A stretch of 64,000 nt of DNA from Deltaproteobacteria bacterium (GTDB taxonomy: Bacteria; Desulfobacterota; JAENJC01). Position 1 is the first letter of the stretch. The number at the start of each line of letters is the position of its first letter. The DNA is taken from contig JAUSKU010000036.1 of NCBI GenBank assembly GCA_030646755.1, positions 3,465 through 67,464 of the forward strand, in the 5' to 3' direction. Of the stretch, positions 10,661-18,542 are shown one piece after another. The translations under genes were made by a program, and so were the position numbers. The notes below the pieces were generated by a model that worked only from the letters and a program-made list of their open reading frames with translations, was not told the DNA's origin and made no database searches.

Positions 10661-10858
10661 ATGCCAAAGTTAAAAACACATAGGGGAGCAGCAAAGAGGT
10701 TCAAGTTGACTGCCTCTGGTAAGGTTAAGAGGAGTAAGGCCTTCAGGAGGCATATCCTTACAAGTAAGTCAACATCAAGGAAGAGAAGCTTGAGAGGCGG
10801 AGCTCTTGTATCCCCAGCTGATCAGAAGAACATGAAAATGTTGATACCATATCTTTAA
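10661..10858 (+). CDS. rpmI: 50S ribosomal protein L35
   Basis: Starts [24 protein letters not shown]. An AGGAGG SD lies at 10651. The track start at 10565 is an upstream extension. Confidence 0.93.
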   Translation: MPKLKTHRGAAKRFKLTASGKVKRSKAFRRHILTSKSTSRKRSLRGGALVSPADQKNMKMLIPYL

Positions 10859-10865
10859 TAGTAAT

Positions 10866-10923
10866 GTAGGGGTGGCCCTATGTGGCTACCCAAGATAGGG
10901 CAACCACGCAGGGTTGCCCCTAC
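10866..10923 (+). promoter_or_regulatory. Long imperfect RNA hairpin in the rpmI-rplT spacer
   Basis: gtaggggtggccctatgtggctaccc / agggcaaccacgcagggttgcccctac. The arms pair with several G:U pairs and 3 mismatches around a 5-nt loop. Confidence 0.45.
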
Positions 10924-10947
10924 GGAAAATAAATCAAGGAGTCAGAT

Positions 10948-11304
10948 ATGCCCAGAGTAAAAAGAGGACCTAAAGGGAAAAATAAGAGAAAGGCAGTACT
11001 GAAGTTAGCTAAGGGTTACTACAGCAGCAGAAGGATACGTCTGAAGACTGCTCAAGAGACCATTGACAAAGGTCTTAACTATGCATTCAGGGACAGGAAG
11101 GTCAAAAAGAGGGAGTTTAGAGCCCTCTGGATCACCAGGATAAACGCGGCAGTCAGAATGGCAGACCTTTCATACAGCAAATTCATTGCAGGTCTCAAAA
11201 AAGGCGGCGTGGATCTTGACAGGAAGGTCCTTGCAGACCTTTGTGTGAACGACCCTGCCGGCTTTGGTAAACTTGTGACCATCGCCAAAGAAAACATTCA
11301 GTAA
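10948..11304 (+). CDS. rplT: 50S ribosomal protein L20
   Basis: Starts [25 protein letters not shown]; contains [21 protein letters not shown]. Confidence 0.95.
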   Translation: MPRVKRGPKGKNKRKAVLKLAKGYYSSRRIRLKTAQETIDKGLNYAFRDRKVKKREFRALWITRINAAVRMADLSYSKFIAGLKKGGVDLDRKVLADLCVNDPAGFGKLVTIAKENIQ

Positions 11305-11305
11305 T

Positions 11306-12322
11306 ATGAAAGAAAGGCTCGAAAGTCTGAAGGAAGAGGCAGAGGCCCTTGTTAATAAGGTATCTGATGAGCAGGGGCTCCTTTCCATTAAGGCCCGTTA
11401 TCTCGGGAAGAAGGGTGAGATTACGTCGATCCTTAAGGAGATGGGCTCTCTTCAGCCATTAGAGCGACCGGCCTTCGGTCAACTCGTAAACCTTGTAAAA
11501 GACAGTCTTGAGAAAGCGGTCGAAGAAAGGCTTATCTTTCTAAGAAAAAGAGTCACTGAAGAGGCGCTCAAGGGTGAGAAGGTCGATGTGACCTTGCCGG
11601 GAAGAAGGATGCCGGTTGGGAAGAGGCATCCTCTGACCCAGGTGATGGATGATGTTGTAGGTATATTCACAAGGATCGGGTATTCCGTGGCGGATGGTCC
11701 TGAGATTGAGACGGATTATTATAACTTCGAGGCCCTGAATATCCCCAAGGACCACCCTGCCAGGGATATGCAGGATACCTTCTACATATCTGAGGAAAAG
11801 GTCCTAAGAACCCACACATCCCCTGTTCAGATAAGGACCATGGAAAGACAGGCGCCTCCAGTGCGGATAATAGCCCCAGGCTCTGTTTACAGGTGCGATT
11901 CAGATGTTACTCATTCGCCTATGTTTCACCAGGTAGAAGGGCTTATGGTCGATAAGGGGATATCGTTCGGCGACCTCAAAGGGACATTAAAAATCTTTGT
12001 CAGGGAGATGTTCGGAGAGGATATCTCAATTAGATTCCGGCCCAGCTTTTTCCCATTTACCGAACCTTCCGCTGAGGTTGATATCCAGTGTGTAATGTGT
12101 AAAGGTAAGGGATGCAGGGTCTGCTCGGGATCAGGATGGCTGGAGATAATGGGCTGCGGGATGGTAGACCCAGCGGTTTTGGGTTTTGTCAACTATGACC
12201 CCGAACTGTACACGGGGTTTGCCTTCGGTATGGGAATAGAGCGGATTGCCATGCTTAAATACAAGATAAACGACATAAGACTGTTTTTTGAGAATGACGT
12301 ACGATTCTTAAACCAATTTTGA
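11306..12322 (+). CDS. pheS: Phenylalanine--tRNA ligase alpha subunit
   Basis: Motifs [28 protein letters not shown] and [16 protein letters not shown]. Starts 1 nt after the rplT stop. Confidence 0.95.
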   Translation: MKERLESLKEEAEALVNKVSDEQGLLSIKARYLGKKGEITSILKEMGSLQPLERPAFGQLVNLVKDSLEKAVEERLIFLRKRVTEEALKGEKVDVTLPGRRMPVGKRHPLTQVMDDVVGIFTRIGYSVADGPEIETDYYNFEALNIPKDHPARDMQDTFYISEEKVLRTHTSPVQIRTMERQAPPVRIIAPGSVYRCDSDVTHSPMFHQVEGLMVDKGISFGDLKGTLKIFVREMFGEDISIRFRPSFFPFTEPSAEVDIQCVMCKGKGCRVCSGSGWLEIMGCGMVDPAVLGFVNYDPELYTGFAFGMGIERIAMLKYKINDIRLFFENDVRFLNQF

Positions 12323-12346
12323 TTTTTTAAAAAAGGAAACGCCCCC

Positions 12347-15300
12347 ATGAAAATCCTTAAGTTTGCAATATTAATGATGCTTGGACTACTCTTCTTTATT
12401 CCAACACCCTCATCCGCCTACACCTTGCAGGATGTTCAGAACTATCTCGATACCCATCCAGCGCCTTCTGGCTGCTCCAACTGGACGGAAGAATATACGT
12501 CAAATGGCCAAAAAGGGGTGAAGGTGTGGAAGAGGTGCGGGGATTGGACTGTGGCAAGCTATGAAGTAACCGCGACCGGTCCCCAGGATAATTGGGGTTA
12601 TTACGGTGGCGCACGATTTTGTGATGGAACTCAGAATACAGGTGCTGGTTGGCCGGTTTATAAACTCTGTGATGTTACATCAAAATACACATACTGTAAT
12701 GGCGCTGTATGGGAACGTCATCAAAATAGCTGTGTGTCTAGTTGGACGTGGGGAATTGCCAGCCCATGTCTTCTTGAAAAAACTGTCTATTCTGACTGTA
12801 AGAATTTAGACACCCTTCTCACCACCTTCTTTCCAATAACAAATTGCGTCGACGGCGATTATGACGGTTTTTACAAATATGACGCCGTATGGTGTTCCCA
12901 AGGTAATGACTGTGACGACGGTAACTTAAAAATCAATCCAAATACTTACTGGTACAAGGACGCCGATAATGACGGCTATAGTGATGGAACAACGACAGGT
13001 CCACAATGCCAGAGGCCGGCTGGATATAAACTTGCATCAGAGCTTAAATCTATGGAAAACGACTGCGACGACACGCAATCGCAGTTTAACCCCGAACACC
13101 CGTGCTGTGATTTAAAGATCAATATGGACAAAAACGCAGTTACGATCAGTCCAAGCACAGGAGGGGGAATACAAATTACGGGTAGCATAAGCGACAGTTC
13201 AAACAAAGCCGTTGAATGGGAAGTTGCTTTGCCCAATGGTAAAACAGAAAAAGGGACTGGAAAGACCATATCCGTTACATGGGACGGCAAGGGGAGTGAT
13301 GGCAAGGTCATCAAGCCTGAGCCTGGACAGACGATGGAATTGGCAGCAAGCGTCAATGCAAAAGAAACGGATAATCCCGATTGCAAAGACTCAAAGAGCA
13401 TACCAATAAAGATAGAATGGGTGAAAGATGCTTGTATGCTCAAGGTGACGGTCGGCTCTTCCGCCAACGTTGCCAATGGCAATCTCTCCCATTCCCAAGA
13501 GTTGTTCTCCACAAAAGGGACAGGATTGACCATCTATTACAACAGTCTCGACTCATACACCGGCCCCCTTGGTAAAGGATGGAGCCATAACTATGATATG
13601 GAGATCGGGGAAAGCATCGACGGGTATGTAATCGTTAGAGAAGGGGACGGGGGAAGAAGAGTCTACACAAATAACGGCGGCAGCTACACAAGCCAGCCGG
13701 GTGACTATACCGCCCTTATCAAGAACGCGGACGGCACATTCATAATAACCTACAAAGAAGGCACAAGGTACGACTACAACGCCATAGGGAAAATTGCTGC
13801 AATAGCCGACAGGAACGGCAACGCCGTCTCGTTTACTTACAATTCAGGCAATGACCTTGCATCAATAACTGACTCCGCAGGAAGGACAACGAGCCTTAGC
13901 TACAACGCAGACCATCGTATAAGCACGATCAACGATCTCAACGGCAATATTCACAGCTTCACGTATTCAGGAAGTGATCTTATAAGCGTCACAACGCAGT
14001 CGTCAGTCGTCAGTCAGCAGTCATGGAGTTACACATATTACGAAAACTCTTTCATGCACACAAAGACCGACCCCAACGGATACACGACCACATACACATA
14101 CGATGAAGACCACAGGGTGGCAACCTCGACAGACCCGGAAGGGAATGTAAAGAGCATAGCGTATCCTCAAGCAGATGACACAAGCCAGACAAAGACGACA
14201 ACAGTAACGGAAAAAGACGGAGGAAACTGGACATATACATACGACACTCAGGCAGGGACACTTACATCAAAGACAGACCCGGAGAACGGCACAGCCAGCT
14301 ATACATACGACGAAAACAGGAACATGACGTCAAAGACGGAGCCGGATGGCAGCGTGACAAGCTACACCTATGATTCAAACGGCAACATGGCATTACAGAC
14401 AGACGCCTTAGATCAGACAACAACGTATACGTATAATGCCTACGGGCTGGTCACAAGCATCACAGACCCACAAAACAACACCACAACCTACGAATACGAC
14501 ACGACCGGAAACTTGACAAAGACCACAGATGCAACCGGGGCAAGCACAAGCTATCAGTATGATGCAAAAGGAAACGTTATCCAAATTAAAGATGCTGTAG
14601 GACAGACAACCTCATTTACTTACGATCAACAAAACAACCTAAGCAGCATTACAGACCCCACCGGAGCAACCATCAGCTTTACTTATGACACAGCAGGGAA
14701 CATGACGAGCCAGACAGACGCAAGCGGAGCAACCACCAGGTTTGAATACAACTCCCTTGGCCGACTCATAAAGGTCATAGACCCAAGCGGGAACTCCACA
14801 AACTCGACTTATGACAATAACGGCAACAAGACCTCTGAAACCGACGCCAACGGGAATACAACGGATTACGAATACAACTACAAAGGGCAGCTTATAAAGG
14901 TAAAAGACGCCCTCGGCAATGTGACGACCTACACTTACGGCGGAACCGGCTGCTCATCCTGCGGCGGAGGGACGGACAAGCTGACGGTGATTACCGATGC
15001 TAACGGGAACACGACAAGTTATGAATACGACAAGCTTGGAAGGCTTATCAAAGAAACAGACCCGCTTGGAAATGCAATCAGCTATTCTTATGATTCTAAA
15101 GGGAATCTGCTTTCAAAGACCGATGCCAATAGTGCTGTAATAAGCTATTCATACGACAGCCTTGGAAGGCTCTTAAAGAAGGCATATCCAGACAACACAA
15201 CAGAGAGCTTTACTTACGATTCCAAAGGCAACATCCTGACGGCCACGAATTCCAATACCTCCTACACCTTTGGTTACAACACCAGCGGCAAAGTCACGTC

Positions 15301-16897
15301 TGTGGCTGATTCAAATAGCAGGACTGTAAGTTATCAATATGATTCTATTGGAAACAAAACGAAGCTGACATATCCAGAAGGCTCAACGGTTACCTATTCC
15401 TATGACACAGCAAACAGGCTTAAATCCATCGTTAACGGCGGCGGTAGGACCTACACATATTCATACGACAGCCTGGGAAGAAGGTCAAAACTGAGCCTGC
15501 CTAATGGGACAAGCGCAAACTATTCCTATGACGCAAGTGGGAGGCTGATAGGTCTGATTCATAAGGCTTCCAATGGCTCTGTAATCACACAATACAGCTA
15601 CACCCACGATAAGGTCGGCAACCGGCTATCTAAGACCAACACCGATGTTAAGAATGATTATAGCTATGATGCTATATACAGGCTTCTCCAGTCCTTACCA
15701 GCAAAGCTTCAGGGAAAAGATATAACTCAAGACAATAAGGCCGAGGCTTTTAACTATGACCCTGTAGGAAATAGACTCACAGGGCCGGAAGCAAAGGACG
15801 GCTATACTTACAATACTGCAAACCAGCTAACCAGTGACCGCATGCATCAATACGAATATGATAAGAACGGAAACCTTGTAAAGAGGGTTGAGACCGAAGA
15901 CGATGGAGCGGCAAAGGTCTGGACGTATTCTTATGATTATGAAAACAGGCTGAACAAGGTTGTTAAGCAGGAAGATACCAAAATCACAACGGTCGCCTTT
16001 AGGTATGATCCTTTTGGAAGAAGGCTTGAAAAGAAGGTAGAGGAAACTAAGGACGGGAAGACCGACACAAAGACTTATGCCTATGTTTACGACAACGAAG
16101 ATATAATCCTCGAATATCTCACAAAGACGGAGGACGGCAAAACTAAGACAGAAGCCACTAAATATGTTCATGGCCCAGGAATTGATGAACTTTTGGCTAT
16201 TGAACGCAAAGGAGAGGTCTATTTCTATCATGCCGATGGGCTTGGCTCTGTCACTGCTTTAACAGATAAAAAGCAAAAGGTGATTGAAAGCTACACTTAT
16301 TCGTCATTTGGTGAGGTTAAGAGAAAAGGAGATAAGGTAAAGAATACCTATACGTTTACTGCACGAGAGTGGGATGAGGAAATAGGCTTATACTATGTGC
16401 GCGCCCGTTATCTCGACCCCGTGACCGGACATTGGACGTCGTTTGACCCACTGTTGCATCCCGCAAATGGGGCATCAAAATTCAAAGGATGTTCACAAAA
16501 CATTGGCCATCCTACTTTTGATAAGTTAATGAAAAAGCCGCAGAAACTCAATCCGTACAATTATGTCGAGGCAAACCCTATAATGCTAAAAGACCCAACT
16601 GGATTAGGTTCATGTGGCTCTGGGAAGAATGAACCATATGTGCCAGACAATTATGGATTCTATAATCTTACAGGACCTTGTGAGAACCACGATAAGTGTT
16701 ACGGCACATGCGGCAATTCAAGAATTATGTGTGACCTATTTTTATTTGCGGACATAATGAAGGAATGCTCAAAACTGACCTGGGACCCAATAAATCAAGT
16801 CGGTTGTATTGAGGTTGCATATATCTATTATGGGTTCGTGGCTACTTTTGGCCAAAAACCATATAATGAAGCACAAAAAGCTGCTTGCTGTACATAA
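12347..16897 (+). CDS. Secreted RHS/YD-repeat polymorphic toxin with a Cys-rich C-terminal tip
   Basis: Signal peptide MKILKFAILMMLGLLFFIPTPSSA; DCDD..NP metal-binding-like motifs; an Ig-like segment; about 40 YD repeats (YxYDxxGN); RHS core end YYVRARYLDPVTGHWTSFDP; demarcation motif DPTGL; then a 96-aa tip. Confidence 0.9.
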   Translation: MKILKFAILMMLGLLFFIPTPSSAYTLQDVQNYLDTHPAPSGCSNWTEEYTSNGQKGVKVWKRCGDWTVASYEVTATGPQDNWGYYGGARFCDGTQNTGAGWPVYKLCDVTSKYTYCNGAVWERHQNSCVSSWTWGIASPCLLEKTVYSDCKNLDTLLTTFFPITNCVDGDYDGFYKYDAVWCSQGNDCDDGNLKINPNTYWYKDADNDGYSDGTTTGPQCQRPAGYKLASELKSMENDCDDTQSQFNPEHPCCDLKINMDKNAVTISPSTGGGIQITGSISDSSNKAVEWEVALPNGKTEKGTGKTISVTWDGKGSDGKVIKPEPGQTMELAASVNAKETDNPDCKDSKSIPIKIEWVKDACMLKVTVGSSANVANGNLSHSQELFSTKGTGLTIYYNSLDSYTGPLGKGWSHNYDMEIGESIDGYVIVREGDGGRRVYTNNGGSYTSQPGDYTALIKNADGTFIITYKEGTRYDYNAIGKIAAIADRNGNAVSFTYNSGNDLASITDSAGRTTSLSYNADHRISTINDLNGNIHSFTYSGSDLISVTTQSSVVSQQSWSYTYYENSFMHTKTDPNGYTTTYTYDEDHRVATSTDPEGNVKSIAYPQADDTSQTKTTTVTEKDGGNWTYTYDTQAGTLTSKTDPENGTASYTYDENRNMTSKTEPDGSVTSYTYDSNGNMALQTDALDQTTTYTYNAYGLVTSITDPQNNTTTYEYDTTGNLTKTTDATGASTSYQYDAKGNVIQIKDAVGQTTSFTYDQQNNLSSITDPTGATISFTYDTAGNMTSQTDASGATTRFEYNSLGRLIKVIDPSGNSTNSTYDNNGNKTSETDANGNTTDYEYNYKGQLIKVKDALGNVTTYTYGGTGCSSCGGGTDKLTVITDANGNTTSYEYDKLGRLIKETDPLGNAISYSYDSKGNLLSKTDANSAVISYSYDSLGRLLKKAYPDNTTESFTYDSKGNILTATNSNTSYTFGYNTSGKVTSVADSNSRTVSYQYDSIGNKTKLTYPEGSTVTYSYDTANRLKSIVNGGGRTYTYSYDSLGRRSKLSLPNGTSANYSYDASGRLIGLIHKASNGSVITQYSYTHDKVGNRLSKTNTDVKNDYSYDAIYRLLQSLPAKLQGKDITQDNKAEAFNYDPVGNRLTGPEAKDGYTYNTANQLTSDRMHQYEYDKNGNLVKRVETEDDGAAKVWTYSYDYENRLNKVVKQEDTKITTVAFRYDPFGRRLEKKVEETKDGKTDTKTYAYVYDNEDIILEYLTKTEDGKTKTEATKYVHGPGIDELLAIERKGEVYFYHADGLGSVTALTDKKQKVIESYTYSSFGEVKRKGDKVKNTYTFTAREWDEEIGLYYVRARYLDPVTGHWTSFDPLLHPANGASKFKGCSQNIGHPTFDKLMKKPQKLNPYNYVEANPIMLKDPTGLGSCGSGKNEPYVPDNYGFYNLTGPCENHDKCYGTCGNSRIMCDLFLFADIMKECSKLTWDPINQVGCIEVAYIYYGFVATFGQKPYNEAQKAACCT

Positions 16898-16918
16898 ATG
16901 AAACGCTAAAGAGGATTT

Positions 16919-17287
16919 ATGAAGAAAAAAACTTTTAAAAACGCAAAAGCATTATCACTTTTTCTGGGCATCATTCATGCTGGCGGTTTTTTTTGGTTTA
17001 GTGAGTTCTATCTATCGGAATCAGTCTTCTTTATATTTTTTACAGCATCAACAGGACTCGCTTTGCTTGTATCTCCATTGGTTTCAGATGTCTTATTAGG
17101 CTTTACTGTTGTTCGCATGTTAGTAATACTTCTTGTGAGCATAGGTATCTTAAACAATCTATATATGATGTATGGCGATTTAACGGCTCTTTATTTCCCT
17201 GACATTCATGCATTTATTATAAGAATACTTGTGTTATATGTCCTTATAATAATGTTACGCAGAATCATTAATTCAAAACTGGTATGA
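16919..17287 (+). CDS. Small multi-pass membrane protein, candidate cognate immunity protein
   Basis: 122 aa with about 4 hydrophobic helices. An agagga SD precedes it, and it starts 21 nt after the RHS stop. No family recognised; the role is inferred from position only. Confidence 0.45.
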   Translation: MKKKTFKNAKALSLFLGIIHAGGFFWFSEFYLSESVFFIFFTASTGLALLVSPLVSDVLLGFTVVRMLVILLVSIGILNNLYMMYGDLTALYFPDIHAFIIRILVLYVLIIMLRRIINSKLV

Positions 17288-17326
17288 GAGTAAACGAGTG
17301 AAAAGTCCGTAGAGAGAAGAGATAAG

Positions 17327-18365
17327 GGGTCAGGTCTACATTCTTGACAGAATAAAATTCCTTTGATAAGTTTCGAGGCAAATACTTGAAACACTCAAAG
17401 GAGGCGAAGATGGCCAGGCCGTTAAGAATCGAATATCCCATGCGTTTTACCATGCGACATCGCGAGGGAATGAAAAGAAGGAGATATTTAAAAGCTCGGG
17501 GGATCGGGAGAAGTTTCTTGAATACCTGGAATCAGCCGTCACTCGATATGGAGCCGTCATTCATATATACTGCCTTATGAGCAACCATTACCACATACTG
17601 CTTGAAACGCCTCTGGGGAATCTATCTCAGATAATGCGCCACATTAACGGCGCTTACACGACATATTACAATACGAAGAGAAAAAGGGCCGGGCATCTAT
17701 TCCAAGGTCGGTATAAAGCCATACTTATACAAGCGGATGAATACGCAAAAGAGCTTTCCAGGTACATACACCTGAACCCGGTAAGAGCTGGGATAACAGC
17801 CAGGCCGGAAGAATACCACTGGTCCAGTTACAAAGCCTATGCTGGTAAAGGAAAGAGACCCGAATGGCTCACGACTGACTTTATCCACGGATTCTTTGAC
17901 AGGAACAAGACAAAAGCCCAGGAGAAATACCAACGGTTTACAAATGAACTGATTGGTAGTGAATACGAAAGCCCGCTAAAAGAAACAATTGCATCCACGA
18001 TACTTGGAAGACAAGATTTTATAAGCGAAATAACGGAAAAACACATAGGCAAAAAAAAGAAAGACCGCAATATTCCTGCACTGAGAGAGCTTTTGAGGAT
18101 GCCGACAATAGAAGAAATCATAAACAAAGTCAAGGCGGCAATGGGAGAAGATGAGTATCTGGCAACATCTGCAAGCATCTATTTATGTCACAAGCACAGC
18201 GGAGCAAGACTAAAAGAGATAGGCACCCGCTTTGGAATAGGAGAATCAGCGGTATCGCAGGCAAGCCGCAGGTTTGCGTTTAAAATAGCAAAGGATGTTA
18301 AATTGAAGAAGGCGATAGAAAGGATAGAGGGTGAGTTAAATGTGTCAAGAGTGTAGACCTGACCC
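17327..18365 (+). mobile_element. RAYT/IS200-like Y1 transposase unit bounded by 23-bp inverted repeats (decayed)
   Basis: 17327-17349 gggtcaggtctacattcttgaca matches the reverse complement of 18343-18365 at 22 of 23 positions. The repeats enclose the Y1 transposase pseudogene. Confidence 0.55.
17410..18356 (+). pseudogene. Y1 (HUH) tyrosine transposase with a DnaA-C-like HTH tail, frameshifted near 17440
   Basis: MARPLRIEYP reads in one frame, then AFYHATSRGNEKKEIFKSSGDREKFLEYLESAVTRYGAVIHIYCLMSNHYHILLE continues in the +2 frame. HUH motif NHYHILL; Tyr motif RYIHLNPVRAG; C-terminal LKEIGTRFGIGESAVSQASRRF. Confidence 0.6.
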
Positions 18366-18386
18366 TTTTAGGTCCTTTTAGGTCCC

Positions 18387-18421
18387 TTTGCCTTCGGTAT
18401 GGGAATAGAGCGGATTGCCAT
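18387..18421 (+). repeat. 35-nt exact duplicate of an internal pheS segment (12218..12252)
   Basis: tttgccttcggtatgggaatagagcggattgccat is present at both positions. The second copy lies outside any pheS reading frame context. Confidence 0.85.
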
Positions 18422-18542
18422 AAACATTAGTCACAGAGGTCTCAGAGTAACTCCCTCCAACCCCCTCTTAAATTAAGAGGGGGTGCCGAAGGCGGGGGCG
18501 TTAGTATTTTTCTGTGTGCTCTGTGGCAAAAAGGATTTTCAG

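Noticed and set aside
17386-17580. 64-aa ORF listed in the track as a separate gene
   Set aside because: Its first residues (MARPLRIEYP after an upstream extension) are the N-terminus of the Y1 transposase. The rest is an out-of-frame read of the same pseudogene.
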